Shown: in pieces, positions 21,772 through 30,671 of the stretch
How the letters are laid out: each line of letters starts with the position of its first letter
Position numbering within the stretch: the stretch's first letter is position 1
Source: Planctomycetota bacterium
GTDB lineage: Bacteria; Planctomycetota; UBA8742; UBA2392
Direction: 5' to 3'
Assembly: GCA_022071975.1 (NCBI GenBank)
Contig: JAJVIO010000007.1
Coordinates: 18,715 to 82,714 of the forward strand
Length of the DNA: 64,000 nucleotides
Translations under genes and position numbers: made by a program
Notes under the pieces: generated by a model
Told to the model about the DNA's origin: nothing
Seen by the model: the letters and a program-made list of their open reading frames with translations, nothing else
The model's database searches: none

Positions 21772-23178
21772 ATGAAACGAATTCTACCCGCTGTGTTGCT
21801 GCTTCTGCTTCCCGTCGCCGTACCGCACCACGCACAGCAGTCAGCACCGACACTTTCCCCCTGGCTTGATTTCGAACAGGCCGAGGCCGCGCTTCCCGCC
21901 GCCGAAGAGTGCACGCTTTCCCGCGCCGATGGCGCGGCGCGGGGCGACGGCTGCCTGAAGATCACGCCCCCTGAGCCGATGCAGAAGGTCGCGCGCGTCA
22001 CGTTCACGCTGCCGGAGAACTTTGACATCCGGCGCATGCAGGCCCTGCAGTTCCAGTTGCGCGCTACCCCCACCGAGAAGCCGCTTGAGTTGCGCTGGCT
22101 GGCCGAAGACGCCGCCGGCGAAACCCTGATGCAGCGCAAGTTCAGCTTTGACCAGGGCGCCGCCTGGTCGCTGGTTGACCTGCCGCTCTGCCTGTGGCGC
22201 TGGGGCAACGGCCGCGCCGGCGACTGGTCCGAAGTGCAGCGCCTGACGCTGCTGATCGAAACGCGTGTGTCCGAGTTGCGCCTGGACGAGTTGCAATGGC
22301 TGCAAGGCGCGCGCGGCGAGCAATCCGCCTGGGCCGCGCCCGCGTACTACGACGAAGTCGCTTTCGGCGCAGGCAAGTTCCGGGTCTCCGAGCGCAACGG
22401 GTTCCGTATTTCCTGCGCGGCCTCGGAGAAGCTCAAGCCCGGCGACCTTGAGCGCGTGCATGAGCGCTTCGCCCCCATCCCCGCCTGGCTCAAGCGCGTG
22501 TGCGGCGCGGCCGTGAAACCACTGCAGGACGGGCAGCCGATCCAGGTGCTGATCTTCGCCGACCGCGAGCAGTTCGTGAAGTTCTGCGAGCGCCTGGGCA
22601 CGGCCTGGCGCGTCACCATCGCCCCGCCCGCCGCCGGCGGCTACGCGATCCAGGACATCGCCACCAGCTACATCGACGATGAGCTCGGGGTGGATCGCCC
22701 GGTGTTCTTCCATGAGACCGTGCACGCCGCGGCCGCGCGTCAGTTGCGGCTGATCCCCGGCAACCCGCAGCACAGCTGGCTGCAGGAGGGGCTGGCGAAT
22801 TACCTGCAGCTGTGCCTGTTCCCCGAGTCGCTGGGGCTGGAGACCTACCCGCGGCTGTTCAAGGAGGGCATCGGCGAGAAGACCTACTTCCTGCCGCTCA
22901 AGCAGCTGCTGAACGGCCGAATCGAACTGCGCCACTACGCGCAACTGGCGGCGCTGACGGCCTGGCTGGTGGAGAAGCACAGCGACTGGCTGGCAACCAT
23001 CACGGCCGGCCTGGCACGCGGCGGCTCGCTGGACGAGCTGCTGAAGGAATGCGGCACGGACTACGAAAGCCTGCAGCGGGACTGGCTGGCCTGGGGGCAG
23101 GAGAAATTCAAGCAGGCCGGCGAAAGGCATTTCGACCTGCCCGCCGAATGGGTGAAGGAAAAGAAACAGCCGGATTAA
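21772..23178 (+). CDS. Secreted HExxH protein, DUF1570-like putative metallopeptidase
   Basis: Signal peptide MKRILPAVLLLLLPVAV. FFHETVHAAA motif in a DUF1570-like context. Confidence 0.6.
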   Translation: MKRILPAVLLLLLPVAVPHHAQQSAPTLSPWLDFEQAEAALPAAEECTLSRADGAARGDGCLKITPPEPMQKVARVTFTLPENFDIRRMQALQFQLRATPTEKPLELRWLAEDAAGETLMQRKFSFDQGAAWSLVDLPLCLWRWGNGRAGDWSEVQRLTLLIETRVSELRLDELQWLQGARGEQSAWAAPAYYDEVAFGAGKFRVSERNGFRISCAASEKLKPGDLERVHERFAPIPAWLKRVCGAAVKPLQDGQPIQVLIFADREQFVKFCERLGTAWRVTIAPPAAGGYAIQDIATSYIDDELGVDRPVFFHETVHAAAARQLRLIPGNPQHSWLQEGLANYLQLCLFPESLGLETYPRLFKEGIGEKTYFLPLKQLLNGRIELRHYAQLAALTAWLVEKHSDWLATITAGLARGGSLDELLKECGTDYESLQRDWLAWGQEKFKQAGERHFDLPAEWVKEKKQPD

Positions 23179-23681
23179 TACCGAAGCCCGGGGTGCAAAC
23201 CCTTCCCTTTTCACACAGGTCGTCGAACCGGCCAGCCTGGCGGCTCGGCCGCCCGCTCACGCGGGCTTGGAAAATGCTCGGCTCAGCTACCCGGGGTTCC
23301 TTCGGCGCATCGCGCCTCAGTCACCCCGGGCTAAGCTCGGGACGCCCGCTTCGCAGGCTCAACTGCCAGCGGATCCTGCATTTGAGGCCGCGTAGCGGCC
23401 GTTCGAGCTTAGCCCAGGGCAACGAGCGCCTCGGGCGCGAGGCAGCCCTGGGTTTGCTTTAACGCGATCCCCGAGCCCGCGTGAGCGGGCGACAGAGAAA
23501 ATCGGACTGAGATGCGTGCAATGACTTGGGTGCAAAGCCAGGCCCGCACTCGTCCACCGTAACCCTGGCGAAGGCGGAATGGCCGGGCGGTTCAGCCTGG
23601 ACTCGCGGCCTCAAGCCGGTTCGCCCGGGATTAGCATCCCGGGCTTTGGCTTTTTGTTCGCGGGCGACGCAAGCGTCGCTC
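23179..23681. repeat. 500-bp non-coding region made of mirror-ordered nested inverted repeats
   Basis: L1 23181-23193 pairs with R1 23638-23649. L2 23250-23270 pairs with R2 23471-23491. L3 23325-23339 pairs with R3 23404-23419. Additional local hairpins are present. Modules are shared with 5284-5375. Confidence 0.85.
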
Positions 23682-24524
23682 CTACTGCTTCTTGCGATAC
23701 ACGTCGTGGCAGCTCTTGCAGCCCGCGCCGATCTTGCTTTCCGCGGCGTCGGCCTTTTCCCAGTCGCCGGCCTTCACGTGCGCGGCGTAGTCAGCGGCGG
23801 CCTTCTGGAAATCCTCCACGAACTTCTTGAAGTCTTCCTGGTCGCGCACCTTCTTGCCCTTGTTTTCGCCCTCTTTCACGTCGCCGTCGTAGCCGGGCAG
23901 CTTGGCGGCGAGCTCGACGATCTTGTCGATTTCGGCCTGGGTCTTGGCCTGGTCGCGGGCCTTGGCCTGCGCGCGCGTGTTCTTCCAGCCGTCCTTGAAG
24001 CCGTCCATCACCTCTTCGAACTCGTCCGAGTCGAGGATCTTCAGCTCCGGCTCGGCTTCCGCTTTCAGGCTGCGCACGTAGGCCGTCACCTGCCAGACCT
24101 GCTCCTGGGTCAGTATGTCCTTGAACGGAGTCATACCGGCATACCCAAGGGCGGCTCCGCCCTCCATGATGCGCCAGTAGATGTAGGCGTCGCTCATGGC
24201 GTCCTGCAACTCGGCGATGGACAGGTCCTCAACGGCCGGCTGCAGCGCTTTGCCCACCGGTGTGTCCCCGTCGCCGGCCTTGCCGTGGCAGAGCTCACAC
24301 TGGGCCTCAAACACCTTCTTGCCATCGGCGATGCGCGTTTCGTCCTTCAGGTCCGGCACCTCCAGCTTGCTGTATTTTTCCGGCGGCACCGGCCGTTCGT
24401 ACTTTGACTTCTTCGGCGTCTCTTTCGGCGCTTCGTCCGGCTTTGCTTCCTCGGCCAGGATCGAAAGTCCGCCTGCCGCCAGGCACAGCAGCAACGCGGT
24501 CGCACACAGCATCAATGGTTTCAT
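23682..24524 (-). CDS. Secreted dihaem c-type cytochrome: class I cytochrome c domain plus C-terminal cytochrome c'/b562-like four-helix domain
   Basis: Start MKPLMLCATALLLCLAAGG. CELCHGKAGDG (CxxCH) and C-terminal CKSCHDVYRKKQ. The C-terminal half is paralogous to 24642..25163. Confidence 0.75.
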   Translation of the reverse strand: MKPLMLCATALLLCLAAGGLSILAEEAKPDEAPKETPKKSKYERPVPPEKYSKLEVPDLKDETRIADGKKVFEAQCELCHGKAGDGDTPVGKALQPAVEDLSIAELQDAMSDAYIYWRIMEGGAALGYAGMTPFKDILTQEQVWQVTAYVRSLKAEAEPELKILDSDEFEEVMDGFKDGWKNTRAQAKARDQAKTQAEIDKIVELAAKLPGYDGDVKEGENKGKKVRDQEDFKKFVEDFQKAAADYAAHVKAGDWEKADAAESKIGAGCKSCHDVYRKKQ

Positions 24525-24591
24525 GACGTGTCCTCTTTGAAGCCCGCAGATGAGTGGGCCAAGGCCGCGGCGGCTTACCCCCGCAAAAGCC

Positions 24592-24617
24592 CGGGCCGGG
24601 GCAAACACCCCGGCCCG
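24592..24617 (-). terminator. Hairpin CGGGCCGGGG-caaaca-CCCCGGCCCG just after the stop of the upstream cytochrome gene
   Basis: 10-bp perfect stem, followed on the minus strand by GGCTTTTGCG. Confidence 0.6.
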
Positions 24618-24641
24618 CTGAATTCGGACTTCGACGGTCTA

Positions 24642-25163
24642 CTATTCCTCTTCTTCCGGCTGGTAGACGTCGTGGCAGGCGCCGCAGGTTTCGTTGATCT
24701 TGTCCTTCTGCTCGTCGGCCTTGTCCCACTTGCTCTTCTTGGCCTGGGCGGAGTACTCCTTGGCGGCGTCCTCGATCGCTTTGCACCAGTCCTGGTAGTC
24801 TTTCTGGTCGCGGGCTTTCTTGCCCTTGTTTTCGCCGGTCAGCACTTCGCCGTCGTAGCGCTTGGCCTTGGCGGCCAATGCTGCCAGCTCGTCGGCGGCC
24901 TCGGCGGCCTTGTCTCCCATCTTGTTGCGGGCGTGTATTTTCAGGCGATTCCAGGCCTTCTTCATGTCCTCCATCAGGTCATGGAACTCCTTGGAGGTCA
25001 GGGGCTTTTCTTCGGCCTTCTCGCCTTCCTTTTTGCTCTCTTCCTTCTTGGTTTCTTCTTTCTTCTCTTCCTTGGGCTTGTCGTCCTGGCCCTGGATCAG
25101 GCCGGCGCCTGCAAACACCAGCGAAAGGACAAGCAGCAGTGCGGCAGCAATCCGGTAACTCAT
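24642..25163 (-). CDS. Secreted cytochrome c'/b562-like monohaem protein with K/E-rich linker
   Basis: Start MSYRIAAALLLVLSLVFAGAG with AGGAG SD. C-terminal CGACHDVYQPEEEE is a CxxCH near the C-terminus, as in class II cytochromes c. Confidence 0.7.
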   Translation of the reverse strand: MSYRIAAALLLVLSLVFAGAGLIQGQDDKPKEEKKEETKKEESKKEGEKAEEKPLTSKEFHDLMEDMKKAWNRLKIHARNKMGDKAAEAADELAALAAKAKRYDGEVLTGENKGKKARDQKDYQDWCKAIEDAAKEYSAQAKKSKWDKADEQKDKINETCGACHDVYQPEEEE

Positions 25164-25313
25164 TTCACATTCTCCTGTAACCCCGGCCCTCATCCCCACT
25201 GGCGACGTGGAGCGCACTGCATGATACGCTTGCGCCCCTTGCGGGGTAGATGAAATGTCTCGCACAAGATGCCCTGAATGTCGTACACTGTAAACTTCGC
25301 GTAGGACAAGCCA

Positions 25314-25601
25314 ATGGGTGCCAAGTCCACCAAGACGGACAACAAGCCTGATTCACCCCCGACACCGGGGATGGTCACCAAACTGTTTGACCGCGTGCGG
25401 ATCATCAAGCGCAACCATCCCGAGCTGTCGCGCCGGGTGGACGCCATGGAAGCCGAGATCCGGGACCGCCTGATGTCCATCCGGGACTGCATCGACGAGT
25501 TCCCGCCCATGGAACGCGAGCTGATCACCGTGCTGGTGATCAACGGCGTCCACAAGATGTGCGACGAAATCCTTATCGACGATTTGACGGACAACGCCTA
25601 G
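25314..25601 (+). CDS. Small hypothetical protein (95 aa), in frame with and immediately upstream of the kinase
   Basis: MGAKSTKTDNKPDSPP... The C-terminal part ERELITVLVINGVHKMCDEI faintly resembles a sigma region-4-type HTH. TAG 25599-25601 abuts ATG 25602. Confidence 0.5.
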   Translation: MGAKSTKTDNKPDSPPTPGMVTKLFDRVRIIKRNHPELSRRVDAMEAEIRDRLMSIRDCIDEFPPMERELITVLVINGVHKMCDEILIDDLTDNA

Positions 25602-27074
25602 ATGGCCAGCCGGCAGGAAATGCTTCTCATGGCCCTGGCCGTCAAACAGGGCATGCTCCAGAAGGAGCAGGTCCAGGAATGCATGGACCTGCAGGCCGCG
25701 CTGCAGGAGCAAAAGGGCGTCGAGCTGCCGCTGGTCCAGATCGCCCTCAAGAAGAAGTACCTCACCGAGGAACAGGCCAGCAACCTCGCCGGCGGCGGCG
25801 ATATCCCCGGCGTCGGCGACCACGTCAGCATCGAGGACGCCCGCCGCATACCGATCTTCGAGGTACACAAGGAAATCGGCCAGGGCGGCATGGCCACCGT
25901 GTTCCTGGCCACCCACAAGGCCACCAACCGCAAGTGCGCGCTGAAGGTGCTGTTCCCCAAGCACCTGAAGAACCCCAAGTTCGTCGAGCGCTTCATCCGC
26001 GAGGGCAAGCTGCTCAAGGAATTCGAGTGCGACTCCATCGCCAAGGGCTACGACTACGGCAAGGCCGGCAAGGAAAACCCGCTCTACTTCATGAGCATGG
26101 AGTACATCGACGGCCCCAGCATCCAGGACCTGCTGGACCGCGACGGCCCCTTCGATGAGCAGAAGGCCATCTACGTCATCACAGAGGCCGCCCGCGGCCT
26201 CGCCTACATGCAGGAGCGCGGCGTCGTGCACCGCGACGTCAAACCCGACAACATCATGTGGGCCAGCGACGGCCGCGTGATGCTGGTGGACCTGGGTTTC
26301 GCGACGCCGATTCGTAAAGATCTTGCAGGCCAGTACGAGGACGAAACCTGCGGCACCGTCCAGTACATCAGCCCCGAGCAGGCCAAGGGCATGGCGGACC
26401 TGGACATCCGGGCCGACATCTACAGCCTCGGCGCCACGCTGTATCACATGGTGGTCGGCGAGCTGCCTTTCACCGGCAAGGACAGCATGGAGGTGATGGC
26501 CAAGCAGGTGATGGAAGGCCTGAACCAGCACAGCCTGAAGGGCGGCAAGATCAGCGTTCACATGCACTACTTCATCGAGAAGATGATGAGCAAGGAACGC
26601 GACTTCCGCTACCAGACCGCGCGCGAGGTGGTGGACGACATCACCGAGGTGCTCGAGGGCGCCGCTGACCTGCAGTACAACCCGGCCGCCGACGCCAGCA
26701 GCCCCTTCCAGCTGGCCCTCGGGCGCGACCCGCACGCCAGCCAGCGCATCACCAAGGTTGGCCACAGCACCGGCAAATTCCAGCCCATCAGCCAGGGCTC
26801 GTCCGGCCGCATGAAGCCGAACGGGACAAGTGTAAGGCTGCCGGGCCAGGGCACGCAGAGCGGCGGCAGCAATTCAACGGGCATGCGCAAGCCGCTGCCC
26901 TCGGGCAACAGCAACTCGACCAGCATCCGCAAGCCGGTGACCACACCGGGCAGCAACACCAGCAGCGTGCGCAAGCCGATCCCCAAGCAAGGCACCAGCG
27001 TGCGCCTGCCGCAGCCGGGCAAATCAGTAAAGCTGCCCCCCGTAAAGAAACCCGGCGACAGCCAGCGCGGCTAG
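25602..27074 (+). CDS. Ser/Thr protein kinase with C-terminal S(V/I)R(K/L)P repeat tail
   Basis: GQGGMATVFLA, CALKVL, HRDVKPDNIMW, VDLGFA and GTVQYISPEQ. Tail repeats SVRLPGQG, GMRKPLP, SIRKPVT, SVRKPIP, SVRLPQPG and SVKLPPVKKP. Confidence 0.9.
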   Translation: MASRQEMLLMALAVKQGMLQKEQVQECMDLQAALQEQKGVELPLVQIALKKKYLTEEQASNLAGGGDIPGVGDHVSIEDARRIPIFEVHKEIGQGGMATVFLATHKATNRKCALKVLFPKHLKNPKFVERFIREGKLLKEFECDSIAKGYDYGKAGKENPLYFMSMEYIDGPSIQDLLDRDGPFDEQKAIYVITEAARGLAYMQERGVVHRDVKPDNIMWASDGRVMLVDLGFATPIRKDLAGQYEDETCGTVQYISPEQAKGMADLDIRADIYSLGATLYHMVVGELPFTGKDSMEVMAKQVMEGLNQHSLKGGKISVHMHYFIEKMMSKERDFRYQTAREVVDDITEVLEGAADLQYNPAADASSPFQLALGRDPHASQRITKVGHSTGKFQPISQGSSGRMKPNGTSVRLPGQGTQSGGSNSTGMRKPLPSGNSNSTSIRKPVTTPGSNTSSVRKPIPKQGTSVRLPQPGKSVKLPPVKKPGDSQRG

Positions 27075-27090
27075 TACATTCGGTGAATGT

Positions 27091-27654
27091 GTGACAGCCC
27101 AGATTCCCAACTCCATTCAGTACCTGGGTAGAGAGTTCGTAATCGTGGGCATCAGTCATGAGGGGTTCTGGACCCCCGAGGCTGAAGGCATCCAGCCGGA
27201 CAACTTTCGTGACTCCTCGTGTTGGCGAGGCTACTTCGCCAAGTTTCGGGTCATCGACGATCTGCTGGAGTTGCACGAGGTCGGGATCTACCACGACGAC
27301 GAGCCGCCGCCTATCGCGTCCAGGCAGCCAAAGCGTGGGTCCGGTGTGCGGTCATACCTGTGGACCTACCGCAACTTGGCGAAGCAAGTGCCCTATACCG
27401 GTGGGCTGCTTCTCGGTGATGGTTTCCTTCCCGAATTCTATGTGCACATGGGCTTCCAGGCCGCATGGAAGTATCGCCACGTCTACGAACTACTTTTCAG
27501 CAAGGGTCATCTGGTGCGAAGGTTCCTTCGCTCCCGAGAGATGGCCGAGATCCGGAAGGAAGTTCTGGCCCGCCCGCCGGAACCCGGCTTCAACCTCTTG
27601 GACGACGAGATGGAGCAGCGGTTCAGTTCGGCTTTCAAACTCAAGTACAGCTGA
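27091..27654 (+). CDS. Hypothetical protein (187 aa), locally lower GC
   Basis: GTG start taken from the ORF track. No recognisable motif. Composition is visibly less GC-rich than the neighbours. Confidence 0.45.
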   Translation: MTAQIPNSIQYLGREFVIVGISHEGFWTPEAEGIQPDNFRDSSCWRGYFAKFRVIDDLLELHEVGIYHDDEPPPIASRQPKRGSGVRSYLWTYRNLAKQVPYTGGLLLGDGFLPEFYVHMGFQAAWKYRHVYELLFSKGHLVRRFLRSREMAEIRKEVLARPPEPGFNLLDDEMEQRFSSAFKLKYS

Positions 27655-27732
27655 AACAGCCCACACGCATCACTACTCAAATGCGCTTGTTCGGTCTCCC
27701 TGCGATTCGCTATGGTGACTCAGGAGGTTGTG

Positions 27733-28332
27733 ATGGCGGTGCAAGTGCTCGGCGTTTGCGGCAGCACGCGGGAAGGCAGTCGCACGAAGATCCTGGTTGA
27801 GACGGCGCTGGCGGCGGCGGTTGAATCCGGCGCGGAGGCACGGGTGCTGGACCTGCGCGAAGTCCAGCTGCCGATCTTCGAAACCCGCCGCGAAGACGTC
27901 TGGGAATTGCCGCCCGTCAAGAAAGTTGTCGAGTTGGCCGAGTGGGCCGACGCGTTCATCCTCGGCACGCCTGAGTATCACGGCGGTATCAGCGGCGCGC
28001 TGAAGAACTGGCTGGACTACCTCTACGACGAACTCAGCGGCAAGCTGGCGGGCGTCGTCAGCGCCAGCGGCGGGGGCGGCGGCATCACCAGCATCCTGGC
28101 CACCAAGCAGAGCTTCGCCTACTGCCACGGCTTCAACCTGCCCTTCCACGCCGGCGCGCGCGGCGGCGACTTCGAGGGCGGCAAGCTCGCCAGCGAAAAA
28201 GTGCGCGATCGCCTGCAGCGCATCGGCCATGACATCGTGCGCTACGCCCCCGTGCTGCGCAAAGCCTTCAACGACGCAAAGGTACTCGGCGCCGAGAACC
28301 CCCGATCGGGCTTCGCCGGCTTTCATGCCTGA
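27733..28332 (+). CDS. NAD(P)H-dependent FMN reductase family protein
   Basis: AGGAGG SD before ATG 27733. VLGVCGSTREGSRT and GTPEYHGGISGALKNWLDYL are typical of the flavodoxin-like FMN reductase fold. Confidence 0.8.
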   Translation: MAVQVLGVCGSTREGSRTKILVETALAAAVESGAEARVLDLREVQLPIFETRREDVWELPPVKKVVELAEWADAFILGTPEYHGGISGALKNWLDYLYDELSGKLAGVVSASGGGGGITSILATKQSFAYCHGFNLPFHAGARGGDFEGGKLASEKVRDRLQRIGHDIVRYAPVLRKAFNDAKVLGAENPRSGFAGFHA

Positions 28333-28398
28333 AAGGCGCCCAGCCGCGCGCAGGATTGTAATCGGCGCGGAAGCCCGCCATAGGGAAGGATTTGCGGC

Positions 28399-29061
28399 CT
28401 AGGCGGGGATTACATCCGCGAAGCGGAAGCCGTCGCGTTCAACTACTTCGCCGAGCTTCACGGCTACTGGCTGCTGGAACATGGGGCCCGCGTGGACGAA
28501 GGTGTGGAACTCGCCTTTTTCGCCGCAGGGGTCGGCCGTTTTGGGCAGGTCGCGCAGCAGTTCGTGGTTGAACTCGCGGCCCACGAAACTGCTGTCGAGT
28601 TGTTTCGGGTCCACGCAGGTTAGAATCGCGCGCAGGCCGCCTTCGATCATCTCGCGCGCGAGTTCGGGCGTTTTGCGCCCCCACAGCGGAAACAGGGCTT
28701 GCAGGCCCGTGGGCTTGAGCTTGGCAATGCGGTAGTCGCGCACGTCTTCCAGAAACAGGTCGCCGAAGGCCACGTGCGTGACGCCATCGGCCACGGCCTG
28801 ATTGCACGCGGCCGTCATCAGGCGTTCGTAATCTTCGTTGCTGCAGGGCCAGGGCAGCTCGATCTCGCGCAGGGGCAGGCCGGCGGCCTGTGCCTGGGCG
28901 CGCAGCAGCTCGCGCCGCACGGCGTGCATGGCGACGCGGTCGAACGCGGAGTTCAGTGTGCACAGCAGGCCGACGACTTCGACGTCCGGCATCTGCCGCA
29001 AGGTGTGCAGCGACCAGGCGGAATCCTTGCCCGACGACCAGCTGAGTAGGACTCGTTTCAT
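28399..29061 (-). CDS. PP-loop ATP pyrophosphatase, Dph6/MJ0570-related
   Basis: Start MKRVLLSWSSGKDSAW carries an SGGKDS-type PP-loop. ORF 28399..29250 trimmed. Confidence 0.7.
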   Translation of the reverse strand: MKRVLLSWSSGKDSAWSLHTLRQMPDVEVVGLLCTLNSAFDRVAMHAVRRELLRAQAQAAGLPLREIELPWPCSNEDYERLMTAACNQAVADGVTHVAFGDLFLEDVRDYRIAKLKPTGLQALFPLWGRKTPELAREMIEGGLRAILTCVDPKQLDSSFVGREFNHELLRDLPKTADPCGEKGEFHTFVHAGPMFQQPVAVKLGEVVERDGFRFADVIPA

Positions 29062-29069
29062 GGGGCGAA

Positions 29070-29139
29070 AGTACAGCGTCCAAAGTGCCGAGTACATAGC
29101 CCTTGAAGGCCTCGTCTTGCGCACTTTGTACGCTGTACT
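29070..29139. promoter_or_regulatory. 19-bp inverted repeat AGTACAGCGTCCAAAGTGC / GCACTTTGTACGCTGTACT (1 mismatch, 32-bp spacer) in a divergent promoter region
   Basis: Read directly. Further GTAC-containing words lie nearby (AGTACATAG, CCGTACTCTGCACTG). Confidence 0.4.
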
Positions 29140-29234
29140 CCGTACTCTGCACTGCCTCGAATCCTCCAAAACTCGCCCGGCTGTGTAATCACAGACGGCC
29201 GGCTTTGAAGTACCATATTGGACGGAGGTGCCCC

Positions 29235-30443
29235 ATGTGGGACCGCTCATATCGATGGCAGCGCCTGGCCCGCGTCTCGGCCGGCGGCGCGGCCCTTGTC
29301 GCCCTGCTGGCGGGGCTGGTCACCGTCAGCAACACCGAGGCCGCGGACCGCGCGGCCGCCGGCGTTTCCGAAATCAGCCGCGAAGCAGCGCCCGACGCCG
29401 ACTCCACGGTGGTCTGCAACGTGCCGGCCAGTCTTGGCGCCAAACGCGGCGTGCTGGTGTATCGCGAAGGGCAGGACGGCAAGGCCGAAATCGTCGGCCG
29501 CGTGATCGGCGTGCAGAATCTTGACGCGTCAACGGATACGGTCACCGTGCTGCTCACCCCCGGCCAGGCCGGCGCCATGGCCAACGGCGGCAAGCTGCGC
29601 GGCGCCGCCCCGACCATCAGCCTGGAGCACGCGTTCCGGCTGATCATCAGCCCCGACATCCCGCGCGAAGAGGCCGCGATCGCCCGCGACACCATCTGGC
29701 CCGCGATCGAGAAGCACGTGCTGCCCGGCCTGAAAGAGCGCCTGACCACGGAGCTGACACACTCGTTCGCGGACATGGACGAGGACGACACGGAACTGCT
29801 CAACACCACAGTCGAGGACCTGCGCAAAGAGCTTGGCCCGCTTGAAGAAGAGCTGCTCAACCGCCTGGCCAACCGCGCCTGGGAGGTGATCGGCGTCAGC
29901 GGCGTGGCCGAGGGCATCCTGCGCAAAACCGGCGAAGGCGCCGAGAACACCTACAAGGACGTGAAAGACTGGGTGAAAAGCTGGTGGGGCGAAAAAGAAG
30001 AGTCGGAGAAGTCCAACAAGGACTTCCTCACCGAGGAACGCGCGGCCGCATTGCGCATCGCCCTTGAAGAAGAAGTCGAAACCTTCATCAAGGAAAAGAA
30101 CACCGAGATCCAGAAGGCATTCAACACCGTGCTGAACGCGCGGCGCGCGGACTTCATCGACAAGTTCGAAACCAAGTGGGGCCCGAAGCTGTACGAGAAA
30201 GCCCTGGTGCCAAGCTGGCTCGAGGGCGAAGACGGCGTGCTGGAAGCGGCCGAGGGCTATGCGGCGGATTTCGCCAAGCGCCGTCTGCTCACGGCCGAGG
30301 GCGGCCCGCGGCTGCTGCTGGCCTATGCGCTGCGCAGCAGCCTGGAAATCACGGACGAGCCGCTGCTGGTGATCGCGCCGGATACCTCAGGCAAGCTGGA
30401 GTACGAGTGGATCATGCCGCCGCTGGAGAAGGACGGGAGGTAA
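29235..30443 (+). CDS. Membrane-anchored protein with possible MlaD/MCE-like N-domain and long acidic helical region
   Basis: GGAGG SD before MWDRSYRW. TM helix AALVALLAGLVTV. The beta-rich segment VVCNVPASLGAKRGVLVYREGQDGKAEIVGRVIGVQNLD...VTVLLTP is followed by an E/K-rich helical part. Confidence 0.5.
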   Translation: MWDRSYRWQRLARVSAGGAALVALLAGLVTVSNTEAADRAAAGVSEISREAAPDADSTVVCNVPASLGAKRGVLVYREGQDGKAEIVGRVIGVQNLDASTDTVTVLLTPGQAGAMANGGKLRGAAPTISLEHAFRLIISPDIPREEAAIARDTIWPAIEKHVLPGLKERLTTELTHSFADMDEDDTELLNTTVEDLRKELGPLEEELLNRLANRAWEVIGVSGVAEGILRKTGEGAENTYKDVKDWVKSWWGEKEESEKSNKDFLTEERAAALRIALEEEVETFIKEKNTEIQKAFNTVLNARRADFIDKFETKWGPKLYEKALVPSWLEGEDGVLEAAEGYAADFAKRRLLTAEGGPRLLLAYALRSSLEITDEPLLVIAPDTSGKLEYEWIMPPLEKDGR

Positions 30444-30454
30444 AAAAACACAAA

Positions 30455-30474
30455 CCCCCGGGTTTCCCCGGGGG
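30455..30474 (+). terminator. Hairpin CCCCCGGG-tttc-CCCGGGGG after the TAA stop
   Basis: 8-bp GC stem 12 nt after the stop. Preceded by an A-run and has no U-tract. Confidence 0.5.
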
Positions 30475-30671
30475 CGCTGTCTCGGGTTGGACCCGAGAGC
30501 AGGCTTCAGAACCATGATCAGTATACACGCAGGTCCTGAAACTGGCAAGCAAAGTACGGCGGAGGGTCCCGGACCACCGAGAATTACCCTCCTGCCCTAC
30601 TTGTCTCCGGTGGGGAGTCAGGTTTCACGAGCCCTTGCTTCGTTACCGCGACAGGATTGTTAGATCGAGTC

